Assembly (NCBI RefSeq): GCF_036321535.1 | Contig: NC_087436.1 | Location: 94,242,001 to 94,306,000 of the forward strand | Direction: 5' to 3' | DNA length: 64,000 bases | Origin: Camelus dromedarius | Taxonomy: Eukaryota | Shown: positions 1-12,789 of the stretch, piece by piece | How the letters are laid out: every line of letters starts with the position of its first letter | Position numbering within the stretch: position 1 is the stretch's first letter | The notes under the pieces: model-generated | Told to the model about the DNA's origin: nothing | The model's database searches: none | The model's input: only the letters and a program-made list of their open reading frames with translations | Position numbers and translations under genes: made by a program

Positions 1-393
1 CTCCCTGGAATTTGATGTTCATCCTTTATGCCAACTCTCACACCTCCATGTGGCTATTCTCAACATGTTTGAAACCAGGAGGCCTAAACCTAAATCTGTT
101 TCCAGCAGCAGGGACTTTCAGAAAACACTCCACGGAATTGACTTGCCATTGCCATTCATTTTTGCTCTCATTTGTCTTAAGTTTTTAAATACAAGACAAC
201 TTGCCACAAAGGAAAATTTTTCAAAGGAGAAACACTCACACACACCCCTCTCTTTTCATTGAATTCCTTATTATTTCAGAAAAAAATATTAATAATGTAA
301 AAAATGTATATGAAAAAAAGCAAGTTCAAAACAGTATGTGCCTTATGATCCTGATTTTTCAATAAAAATAGAGAGCAGAGTATGAAACTAACC

Positions 394-1092
394 TGTAGAT
401 TCCTCAAAAGACTAGGAATAGACTTACCAGATGACCGAGGAATCCCGCTCCTGGGCATATATCCAGAAGGAGCCCTACTTCAAAAAGTCATCTGCACCCC
501 AATGTTCATAGCAGCACTATTTACAATAGCCAAGACATGGAAACAGCCTAAATGTCCATCAACAGATGACTGATAAAGAAGTTGTGGTATATTTACACAA
601 TGGAATACTATTCAGCCATAAAAACCAACAACATAATGCCATTTGCAGCAATGTGGATGTTCCTGGAGAATGTCATTCTAAGTGAAATAAACCAGAAAGA
701 GAAAGAAAAATACCATATGAGATCGCTTATATGTGGGATCTAAAAAAAAAGAACATAAATACAAAACAGAAACAGACTCATAGACATAGAATACAAACTT
801 GTGGTTACCAAGGGGGTAGGGGGTGGGAAGGGACAGACTGGGATTTCAAAATTTGTAGATACTGACAGGCATATGTAGAATAGATAAACAAGATTATACT
901 GTGTAGCACAGGGACATATATACAAGATCTTGTGGTAGCTCACAGTGAAAAAAATGTGACAATGAATATATGTATGTTCATGTATAACTGAAAAATTGTG
1001 CTCTACACTGGAATTTGACACAACACTGTAAAATGACTATACTCAATAAAAAATGTTTTAAAAAATTATCAAAAATAAATGAAAAAAAAAAA
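394..1092 (+). mobile_element. 5'-truncated young L1 (ORF2 C-terminus, 3'UTR, A-rich tail)
   Basis: ORF 382..573 encodes the L1 ORF2 tail (IPLLGIYP...CTPMFIAALFTIAKTWKQPKCPS). A-rich tail present; 10-bp target-site duplication GAAACTAACC at 384-393 and 1093-1102. Confidence 0.92.
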
Positions 1093-4000
1093 GAAACTAA
1101 CCCAAGATGTTAGCAATGCTCTGGTACAACTGTAGATTTTTGTGTGTGTGCTTATCTATGGTTTACAAATTTCCTTCATGAACATACACTGCTTCTGTAA
1201 CAACAACAAAAAAAGAGCTGTAAAAGTATTTCATGATTCTTTGTAAAAGAAAATATAAACACATTCTGTAGTCTCCTCCTGGAAAGAAACAGCATTTGTT
1301 AGTATCACCAGATACTGTAGTCACTTTCAAGAAAGTATGACATGGGAGACCTAGCTGGGGTCAGGATGGGCCCCTGACTGCTGAAATGACCCTGAACCTG
1401 TCCAGGACCCCACCACCACCACCACCGTCACCTCATCTGTGGGAAGAGCAGGTCTCACTGGGTCTTTAAGTCCCTCCTTACTTAGTCTGGAACTCCTCAC
1501 AGATCTTTCAGATACCACCCCAGTTAAAAAAACAAACAAAGGAGTAAAACCTTGGAATATTTCAGTGATGTAGATTGTGCCCAGACCACCCTGCTCAGTA
1601 TGCTATAAAATTCCTGGGGGAACTAAGATCCAAGAAAAAGAGGTTTCTTGTGTAATAGAGATGGTGGGCCACTATTAGGATTTATGGGAGCATCTTTCCT
1701 TTTGTCATTGACTACAGAAAGGTCAAGGACATGCTTTAGCCTAAGGCTCACTTCCTCTATATGGTCCTGTGAATGGGATCAAAATACAGGAAGTCTATTA
1801 GCCAAGATTCTCTGTTCATTGACAATGCATGGATGGGCACTGCCAAGGTACCATTCTCAGACTTGCTTGTTTTCTGTTTCCAAGCATCACCAACCCTCTT
1901 TTTTTCTGATCAGTACCTCTTCATATAAATCTGTCTTCTCAGGAGATGACTCTCTAGGCATCTTCATGTACTAGCCTCTCCTAGTCTTGGCTTAGCGGTA
2001 CAAGCCCACCTGAAATTACTTTCAAGAAACAGTAGTAAGTCTCCAAAAAAAAACCCAGGACATCAGCATTAGCCAACTTCTTAAGTCCATAATCCCAAAG
2101 TGAACTGGAATGCGCCAGAAGACAATCCTCTCACCTCATTCTGTCCTCCTCTAACAACATTTTCACTTGTCCATTACACCCCTAGCTTGCAGCACTCACA
2201 TATCCTGTGTAGACATCCGTCAGAATGCTCCCTTTGGGTTTTTTAACCCCAAAGTGCTTACCTAGTAAGATTAAATTTGAAAACTTCCCTGTGAATTCTT
2301 CAGTGTTCCATCTCCCAGGAAGCTTTACTAGACTGGCCCAAGGAGTGCGTGTGCACTGTTTTTCTAAAATAAGATCCCAGGAAACTTTACTATCATAGAG
2401 TCAACTATCAGTAGGTAAACTCTGCCCCCTCCTTTTGCATTGTGGGGCACAGAATGAGATAAAGGGCTTCCTTTCTCTATCACATACCAAGTCTGTTACA
2501 ACGTCTTCTCCTTTAAATGATACTCTCCTGGCTGAATTCCAGTATCTTCTCAACTATGACTCATCTCTGCTACTTGTGCACAGAACTGAGTTTTCTGGGT
2601 TCCTCATTTTGAAGACAGACAGTAGTTCCGAAGTATCTGATAAGACCCCTACAGCACAATTCTTGATCTGGAATCATGAAGAGGCCAAGCTCAGGGGAAC
2701 CCTCCCCACAGGGAGATGGCAGAGGAAGTAGCGCCCCAATCTCTCAGCAGCAGTTGCCATCCCTGCTCAGGATGCCCTGCAACAAAGTCTGACACGCAGG
2801 CTTTCCAACCAGCTGGTGCAGCAGGCACAGCAGGCCCCCTTCAAGGGCAGCTCTACGAAGGTACCCGCCCACACGGGGGACATCAGGGTGATGGGAAGTC
2901 CCCTCCCTACAGAGCATCCCCCCCCCCATTGGAATAGCCCTTTCTCTAGAGGCTCAGAGCTCCGCTGAAACCTGAATATCCTTGGAAGGTAAAGCCCTTT
3001 TTACCATTTCCACATTTATATGAATGTGCTTCCAATCTCATTCTTTCCTCCAAGCCAGTTGTGATTGAATGAGGAGAAAGTTTCACAAAAAAACAAAAAC
3101 TATATACAAAGAGGGGTAAGACATTGGAAGATACCTTTTATTGGGGATTAATCCCATTCTCTGGGCCATTCCCATCTAAGTCTGGGCCTCTCCTAAATTG
3201 GAATAGCACTGGTGGCCAGTCTTGGCCAGTCTCCTATATGGTCTGTGGATCAGTCATCTGAAGTTCCATTGATCTGAATTCTCAATAATAATGTGCTCAT
3301 TCTTCCAATATTACTGCACTCTGACTATGTGCTGGGCACTATACTAGACTTTGCACAGGGAATATAAAGCTGAGGAATTCTAATCTATCTCAAAGTCAAG
3401 TGCCCAATATATGGATGAGGATCACCTGGGTTCACAATGCCACTCATGACTAAGGTATTAAGGAAGCACTTGGTGTTTATCTACTGGATTGCTACTCACC
3501 CCACAGTGCTGTGATGTACCATTAGTCCTAGAAAATATCATTATTCTCAATTTACAGAGAAATTGATGGAGGTCCAGGGGGTAACGTCAGTGATCCCCAA
3601 ACTTGATCATCATCAAAATTACCCTGGGAGGTTGTTTAAAATGTTCTCCTCAGTCCCTTATGGGGACATTCTCATTCAGTTGTTCTGGGAAGAACCAGAG
3701 AAATTATTTTTAAAGCACCAGAATGACTCATAAGCACAGTCAAATTGAAGAAACACTGTTACAAGCTAAGCACAGCGTTCTTGGACAGCTTTTCATTCGA
3801 CCTTCACAATATGGGAAATAAGAATTATTATATTATTATCCCCATTTTACATGTGAAGCAGCTTCTGCACAAAAATCAATTGGCTCAAAAAACAAAACAA
3901 AACAAAATCTCTCTTTCTCCATTTTCCTTTTCATCTGTTAAAAACAAAGCAATGGAACTACCATAATTGATTATCTCATAAACAACCAATTATGACATCG

Positions 4001-4129
4001 CTATTTGCAAAATCTCTTTTGGTCTTTGTACTATCTACATAGAAGCAAACAGCATGCTATGAATCTAAATAAAAGTAACCCAAGACATCAGCTAATGTCT
4101 TTTTTCATTTTGCCATCAACATTAAAGAT

Positions 4130-4510
4130 ACTTAAGAGATACAACAATGTAATGGATGGAATTTATGTAAATACCGAATGAAATAAGCCAATTATAAAAA
4201 GGCCTGTTTGAGACAATCAGGTAATTATGATTATGAATTGGGTATTAGGTGGTTCCAAAGCATTACTGTAATTTTGTTAGGTGGGATAATGGCCGCATGA
4301 TTGTGTAAGAAAATATTCTTGATTTTAGATATGCATAGCGTCTATGGGTAAAGTGACATGATGTCTGGAATTTACTTAAGTACTTCAGCAAAGAGGGAAA
4401 AAAGACAAAACAAACATGACAATATCTTGACAATTGCTGGACTTAGGGGATGGGAATATGAGGACTTTAAGATATGTTCAAAATTTTTACAATAAAACAT
4501 TTTTTAAATC
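4130..4510 (+). mobile_element. Old L1 (MC-type) 3' end
   Basis: tttgagacaatcagg...gacatgatgtctggaattt...aaaatttttacaataaaa. Confidence 0.6.
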
Positions 4511-7500
4511 AACACCTTCACTTCTCCAAAGTGCCATTTTCTCCTTGTAAAGGCAAGTTCTCAACATCTATTAAAGCAGCTTGCCAATAAGCATGATTAT
4601 GTATCAGATATTTCCCACACGTCTGTTTTTTCTAATTCATTCTTCAAAAAAGGTTGTTTTTACCAAAGGCCATGAAACATACTTAGGCTAAAAAAATCTT
4701 TATTTATCTGAAATTCAAAATCTAACTAGTATCTTATTTTTTTATTTGCTGGGTCTGGCAACTCTAGGCAAGGAATGCATGCTTTGGTGGGGAGATATGT
4801 TCAAATTAGCGTTTGGGGGTCATTGGTCCAGCTGCAAAACATATATTAGGTAAAACATGACTTGTTCCATTCAACTTACAAAATACATATACTGAGGGCC
4901 TAGTGTACTAATATGCAAAGATGAACAGAAGATAGTTCCTACTCTTAAGAAATTCACAGTGTAATGAGAGAAGGCCACCAATTACAAGATAATGTAAGTT
5001 GTTCCTTAATTTAACTTATGATATTATCTGTGGCAGGCACTATTAGTTTTCTACTCAGTATCTGTGCTTCTCCTTGTCATTAATAATAGAATCCAATTTT
5101 ATTTGTAATGCAATGTGCAAACCCTCAGGCAATGGATCATGCTTGGTCTAGGTCACTATTTCTCAAACTTTTTTTCATTATTACCTGCCTCAGAGCACTT
5201 TCATACACTTTTTTCCTAGATTACCCCCCGTATGAAATTTTAATACCATATATATATCACGTCTGTTTATATATTGTATGTATATCTGTGCTTTCATCCA
5301 TAAAAAGAGTAAGATTTTTTTCTGCCTTACCTCCCCACCAATAAACAACATTCTCCTCCTTAGGGAGGAGAACAGCACCCCACCCCATCCACCCTCACCC
5401 CATCCTCCACACTACCCCTCTACTCTGACCACAGTCCTCACCCTCCCTCCCCGGGGAGAGGATGCCTGGTCTAAGGCAATTTTAACAATTCTACTTCCTG
5501 TTCCCTCACCTTCCTTGCAGCTGGGCTGGCCATATAGCCCAGTCGTAGAAATGACAAGAAAGTTGATACCTGTTTGGGAGCTCTCTGGGAAAACTCTTGT
5601 TTTCCTAGAAAAAGCAACAGCCACTGCCAGGTCAGCCTCCTTTTCCCCTCTACCCAACTCCACACCTCTCGATGGAGGACAAGGCTGGAATCTGTATGTT
5701 GCAACCATGATGAAAGAAAGACCTGAGGACTGTGGGGGCAGAATCATTGAGCCACTGAACCAGTGGCAGAAACACAGACTTCCAGACTTCTTGTTACGTG
5801 GGAGAAATGAATCCGGATTTTTGTCAGTTACTGTTAGTCCGGGATTGTATAACTTGCAGCTGAAAGTATTGCTAACTGATGTCGTGTCTTGTCTCATGAG
5901 CAGCAGCTTGTCTGACATGACCGTGGATTATTGTTAAACCGTAGCCAGAGAGAAGCACAAACAAAAACAGACGTAAAGTATGATCAAGAGTATTACACAA
6001 GCAAACAGGAGATTTCACTCTTGTTTAAAAGGAAAATGCTCCCCATCACTAATCAACCTTTCAAATTTTAAAATACTCCAACTAATATTTGGCATTTGAA
6101 TTGAACAAACTTTGAGATATTTGATTTTACTGTGTAGCAAAATGGCCATGAAAGGCTTCAAGATAATTTTCCTACTTTATACCAAAATGAATATATAATG
6201 ATTTGCCTAGTAGGTATGTCTTTCAAAATATTTGAAAGTCAATTATTTCTAAATTAAATATTTAAGATGCATAAGGAATGTGCTTCTTAAAGGACCCCTT
6301 TGGGAATCTTTTCACATGTTAAAAATTTTAAATAATCATCTATATTCATCATTTGAATATTTTATATTTTACTTAAATTCTGACACTAGCTAAAGCTAAT
6401 TCTCTCTTATTTTAAAAGCATACACCCCACACACTCCAACATCTCTCATTAAAAGTGATTTTTCTATGGCTTATCAAGGTTCAAGATAAAAGAGACTCAA
6501 GAGCCCTCTAAATCTAAAGATCCTCAAAAATCTTAAAAGATAAAATTTAATTATAGCTTTAGGGCTTTCAAGCATTAGGTTTTTAAAAATGTCAAAATAA
6601 TTCTTATATCAAAATCATTTTATTAGTTTCACTATTAACCTCACACCATAAATTGGCTTTCTTTTAATAAAGATTTTTGACCTTTTTATTATAAAAATAA
6701 TGCATGCAAATCACAGAAAATACAGGAAAAATAAAAATCAGTTTAAAATTACATGTAATCTCATACACTAGGTGATAACTTTTGACATGTTGGTTCATCT
6801 ACCCCCATATTGTTAATTCATGTACAAAAACTACATAGATCTTTTAAAACAAATATATATAATTTTGTGCTCTGAGTTTTTCATTTATTAAACATTCTTC
6901 AAAAAATATATTAATGAATATTTAATAGGCTTAAGTATAATGTATTTAATCATATCTTTCTGTTGGACATTTTAGATGATTTTTAGGTTTTTCTATTATT
7001 TAAAAAATCATGTTGAAAATCTTTGCTTTTATAATAAAACACTTATTTTTTTCTTAGGAATAATTCTTAGAAGTAGCCACAGGACATGAACGTTTTAAAG
7101 CTACTCATTCATCCTGCCTAGTTACTTGCAGTTTTTCTGAAAAGAAGCCTTTCTAGAGCCATCTAAAATAATTCAAAATAATAATTTAGACCAGAGCATA
7201 TTAAGTGGTGAAAAGAAAGGATCACTGAATTTTTTTCCCTTGACTGGTGATACTGTTTATAGATTGTACTTTCACCAATATTTTATAAAAAAAGGAAAAA
7301 CTTGATAAAGAATCTAAAAGTTCTTGATTAGACTATAAAAGAATGTGAAGGCAAGTAACTTTGTCTTATTGTTTATCCTGCGTTTTACTCTAGTCATTAA
7401 TTTGTTAAAGATCTAGTACTTAGGAATTTTTAAGCACTCTCAAAATTGGCAAAAGAAGTGAAAAGTAATTATAATTGGTAGATAAAATAATGAGCTACAT

Positions 7501-10500
7501 ACCTGTTGAGAAATAAGGCCAATCATGACCAAATATATAAAGGAAGGATATATCACCTCCACATAGTGTGAATGAATGTAGGAAAAATTTTAAAGTACGA
7601 TCATTTCAGCCCTCTAAAGAAAGGACCAGTAAATAAAAGGAAGCTTTAAGATAATATAACTTGATACGTTTGACTGGTCGCAGGTCGAAAAAAAAAATTG
7701 AACACGAGCTTAAGCTGAAGAGCTGTTAACTTTTTTTCATGAGAACAATTGCACAATCTAGTTTCTAAACTGAAAACCACAAGAGTCTAGCCCCTGTTGG
7801 AAGAGAAACTTTTGTTTTTCCTTCCATATCTGTGTGTGTTGGGCCTTTCCTGGATGGCATGTCAACTGAGTAGCCCTTGGGGAAATCCAAAACTGTTGGT
7901 TTGGGTTTTGAACTTTTGGTCCAAGTTTTACATAGAACTCCCTGGCTGCCATGCCAAAACTGCCTCTGTATCTTCATGGCTGTAAAATTTAATAGAAACA
8001 TTCTCACAGTCTACATTTTGAAATCGCTTTTCCTGAGATGTAGAGGATGAAAAGAAAGAAAAATTAGTTACAGGACTCAGGAAAGATACCATAGTTGCTT
8101 GCCCTTCATTAATTCAAGTGATCCATTTGAACATCAGCTGTATTTCTATTATATTAAGAAGCAATGTTTACTTTAAGCTTCTTTCTATAGATTCTGCACA
8201 TTTTGGATGGAAAGCACTAGCATGATGGTGTTTTTAAAATGAAAAAATTTGAGTACTCAGAAATAAAATGTATACATGTATATTTAGGTTAAAGGCATAT
8301 GCCACATTTGCTACAATGAAGAGTGTATTACTGTTATATTTTTAAAGTCAACATTATTACAGATATTTCTCTGATATTATAGGATATTCTGTGTATAGGA
8401 ATATAGTGACAATATCATCTTAGTAAATGTAGGAAATTGTGGTACCGTCGACATGTAAGGTTTTTCTGCCTTTTCGTCTCCTGTTTCCTGTATATATGTC
8501 CTACACCCTCTTCTACTGCTTATCTCAGGAAAAGGAAGAGAGAAAGAAAGACTATCAACATAAATTACAGCAAATTACTGCCCAAAGACATTGGGGTTTG
8601 AGGAAAATCAGGTTTTACCACCAAAAAAGTATACCAAATGGGATTTCTAGACCTCTAAGTGTTTTTGTAGCTGATGACAGTGGTTTTACACCATTTAAAT
8701 CATTTAAATTAAATTTAAATTTAAATCCAAATATATGGCTTTCCTTTTCCATATTATAAGGAATCATCACAGGCGTTCTTACACTTCTCAATTATAGTTG
8801 AGATCATTTTCAGCTCACGATTGGAACAAAGGCAGGCAGAATTTTTTGTGGCAATTGAGAAAAAGGGTCATGATAAGATATGTGTATTTAGAAGTACTCA
8901 AGAAGGCAACAGCTGGAATAGCACTAGGGGAAAGCAAAGGCAAAGTAGAGATCCTGCCCAAAAGAAAGGATCCTCTGAAAGAAGGGAAAAGCATCAAGGC
9001 AGAGATATACGCCAGTCGGTTCCTCATATCAGCAACTAGGTTGCTAGGCTTAATGCCACGCAGGGGATGCAGTCTCCAGGAGACAAGAGGGGTGGAGAGT
9101 TTGCCACTGTCCTGTGATGTACATGGAATATTTCTGTTTCGTGGGCTATAACTGAGGATTCTATGATGCAGTATTACTATTAAAATGCATTAAATGTATT
9201 CAATTAAAATACACTGAATACTTTGAAAAATAGATTGAGTACACTGAATTGAAATTGGAAGAAGACCTAGTCATGGTGTACAATAATTTAAATGGTTGCA
9301 GAAGGTCAGGTCACTAATTACTGGAATGTATTTGCTACGGATTTTCCTTTTCTATCTTACACCATGCCAGACTAAGAGAAGCCTGACTCATTTTTTTGCC
9401 AGTTGCTCATACTTTTTCTCTGGAGGGCTGAAGACAGGGTGAATTTCCCCTCCCCATCCTCTATCTCCCTCACTCTATTAACATGACATGATAATATGGT
9501 TTTATCACTTTTAACAGAGTTGGCTAATTTAAACAGACAGATTTGGGGTAAATTTCGACACCCTGCCTAAGCCCTTATCACCATTCAGGTGGACAAGAGA
9601 TTAACAATGCCATGAGTTTTTGCCGAAAACAGCCAGTTCCCTGAATTGCAAATCAAGTACCCACTAACAGAAGATGGCCAAGTGGGCTTCTGTGGTCTAA
9701 AGACTACACAGGAAAAGGACTATCTCCAAAGTCATCAGGGCCCAAACAGATGTTTAGCTTCAGATAGGAAAACCAACATTTTACCCTCAGAAGCAAGTAC
9801 ATTACACACCTGCTAATGCCTTCACCTCTAAAAGCAGCCTGGCTGGGTACCCAGTAGTCCCTGAGTACCATTCACCACACTCTGGAGTTGGCCAGATCGA
9901 TTTTTACAACCTGCCTGCATTTCTTGTGCCATCCAAGGTACAATATGACAGTAAAGAAGGCGTTAAAGTAGAATTAGAGACTGTTTTCTCAAGTGGGAAC
10001 TGATCCTGGCTTCACATAAGAGAATTCAGAATTAGGACTTAGGACATTCATCTTATGTACTCTGAGAAGAACCAGCTCTAGCCCTGCATGTTTACCCAAC
10101 GTAAGCATGCAGTGCTGTAAAATGACACACTATCCACCATCTTGTCCTCATGTTCGCCATCAACCGGAGAGTCAGTATTTGTCTTTAGCAACTAAATCTG
10201 ACATCAGCAATAACCAGAACTTTCTCAACCCCTGCAAGTCTCCCTCTGCTGTATTGATAGCCTTGAAGCAAGATTTCTTAATATGATTTTGGACTACGGC
10301 AGGTGCAATTTACAGGATCCCTAAATCTCTTAGAAGTGTATGGTAAACGTGCATGTCCCTGGACATGTGCTGTTTCTCAGGGAGAAGGTCTTTGGTGCTC
10401 ATCAGATTCTCAAAGGAATCTGCTGCCAAAAAAGTGATTAGGAAACACTGCTCTGAAGTGTGAGCCAATTAGTCCATGCAAAGCCCTGTTAAGTGGGGAA

Positions 10501-11372
10501 CAGGACAGTCAGCAGATGCTGGTAGAAAGAGGTCTGACTTCGGGTGCTGGGCCCTTGCACATCCAACAGACATTCAGTTATGCCTTCCAAACTCAGGAAT
10601 ACTGTTGATTTGTCCTTGATTTATCAGGTCATGTCCCAAGAGATTAGCGACCCCGATGATAGAGAATATGAAACCTTTTTTGAAGTTAATGAACCTTCAG
10701 TGTAAAGGTGTAAGAATCCAAGATGTTAAAGGCGATTTGAGAGCTTACCACTATCACTAAAGTTCTAAAGCCAGGGGGGTACGTAGTCTCGGGACCATGG
10801 CTTCTGCTACTGCAACATTTACTTTCAATATGTTTGTTCTGTGGTACATATGTTGTTGCCACAGCATCTGTCTAATTGTTATTACTACTTTGAGTGCTAT
10901 AGTTCTATATATAAAGTACTACATTTCATCAAAAATTAGACTCCTACCCCTCTTTAACATGATATTATCATACACTAAGGCCCAAATATGTTCTGAACGT
11001 AGCACCACATATCTCAGGTTCATTCTTGATTACCACCTCCCAGTGATTTGATGTTAAAGTATTCATGGGTCCTTGACTCTCCCTATGACCATTTATCTCT
11101 GTGCTTCCCCTGTGTAGTTTCCCTGTTTACAGCTACTTCCAAATACTTGACAGCAGTTACTTAACAGTAGAGGAGAATTTTGTGGCGCAAACTGTATTCC
11201 CCTTTAAGGAAGTATTACAAGTACGGCCTCCTGTTTTTAGTTTTTTTCTACAGATTCAACACAATAACTTGTCTGTTCTCGGTTTTCTCTGTCGTCACAT
11301 CTCTTTTACATCGTAAGCCCTTCGATCCTAAGCCTCATGGTAACAGGCTCACCCCTCAACACACAAATAAAA

Positions 11373-11395
11373 ACACACACACACACACACACACA
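11373..11395 (+). repeat. (AC)n microsatellite
   Basis: Read directly from the sequence. Confidence 0.95.
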
Positions 11396-11439
11396 TAGAT
11401 ACACGTTCCCTGGGTCAACCCAAACTATTAACTTTAATC

Positions 11440-11635
11440 CAGTAGTATTCCTCAGAGGATGATCTGCAGACCATCTATATCAGAATCTTTATGAGATGGG
11501 AATATTTGTTAAATATGCATATTCCTGCTGGCCTCCAGACCAACTGGATCAGAATCCATGGAGGTGGAAGCCACTTTTGTTACCATGGCCCCCATCCATC
11601 CAGGTGACTCTTAAACACACTAAAATGTGAGAACT
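11440..11635. mobile_element. MER5-like hAT-Charlie MITE (similar copies near 3590-3760, 13700-13875, 18640-18800)
   Basis: atcagaatc...ttgttaaatatgcatattcctg...ccaggtgactcttaaacacactaaaatgtgagaac. Confidence 0.65.
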
Positions 11636-12348
11636 TTTATTTAGAAGAACTATTTTCCCATACACAGTCAATCTCTTCTTCCTGACTGGCCCTAATGAAA
11701 CCTCCTTAGCATCCACCACTCCAGCCTGCCAGGATCCTAACTCCCTTTACTGTACCCTCCCCAGGGACTCATTGTCCACATCTACATGGCAAAAGCAAGC
11801 CTCATCTGGTCCACAAAACTCCTCAAAGCCTTCCCTTTAAATATTAAAACTACTTAAGATCACTTATCTACAGGCTTTCTCCACATTTTTTTAATGCACA
11901 CACACCACACCTACAATGCATGAAGTAAGAACAAAATTCTACTATTTCACCATTCTAACACACCAAAAGCTTTCATTTTTTTACACACGTTTAATCCTCA
12001 TTCAAAATGAAACCAGAATGTAAGTGCAAATTTTAGTCCTGATTTTCTAACTTAACATCAAATCAAATATATTTTCATAACTATCCTAACTATAACCATG
12101 ACCTGTAATGACCACAAAATATTCCATGGAGTTAGTGCTGCCAGAATCACTTTTGCTTAATATTTTCAGATTTTTCTGGTATAATAACAATACAGTGAAT
12201 GTGTTTGTCATGTTATTATTTCCTTCTTTAAATTATTTATTTAGAATAAATTCCCAGAGGTAGAATTAATGGATTAAAGTATATGAGCATTTTAATGGCT
12301 CTTGACACATATTGCCAAGTTGCCATGATTGTGTTTTACACATTTCCT

Positions 12349-12789
12349 CAGTGATGATATGCTGCTAAATGTTTATTTAATAGCCTTGCCTTAAAAAAAA
12401 AATGTGGAGAGCCTAATTTACAGTGTTAGCCAATTTTTGTGGTGTAAATAGTCCCACCATGGCCAGTTTCAGGTTACAAATATGACACCACAATGCAGAG
12501 TTGGAAAGAGATGCTTAATAGCATGCCATTGTATAATATTTCTTTCACACAGATAATCTGAAGTAGCTAACTTCAAGAGCATAGATAATAGTCAAATGTG
12601 GTAAATAATTGGGAAGTAATGAGTTTTGAGTATTACCTTTATTTTTAATATAATTAATGTAACTTTGATTTATAGAATTTTTTTTTAATTTTCAATAGTG
12701 ATTGTGTTTAACCACTGGCTTGTGAAATTTCTGTAAATATTACCATCAGCTCTTGCAAGCAAATACAGGCAGGCTCCTGCACACCGCTG
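12349..12789. mobile_element. hAT-family DNA transposon remnant, MER63-like
   Basis: Degenerate terminal inverted repeats cagtgatgatatgctg ... ctgcacaccgctg; internal ggtgtaaatagtcccaccatggcc. Confidence 0.7.

Noticed and set aside
5278..5937. 219-aa + strand ORF overlapping a 168-aa - strand ORF
   Set aside because: Lies over MLT1-like and low-complexity C-rich sequence; no recognisable domain and no exon logic.
8441..8452. GGTACCGTCGAC, adjacent KpnI and SalI sites resembling a vector polylinker
   Set aside because: Only 12 bp and the flanks are ordinary genomic DNA; consistent with chance.
8692..8726. Self-complementary (TTTAAA)n-like tract
   Set aside because: Short AT-rich low-complexity sequence with no evidence of function.
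8798..9151. 117-aa Lys-rich ORF
   Set aside because: Non-ATG start, no recognisable homology, and antisense within an intron.
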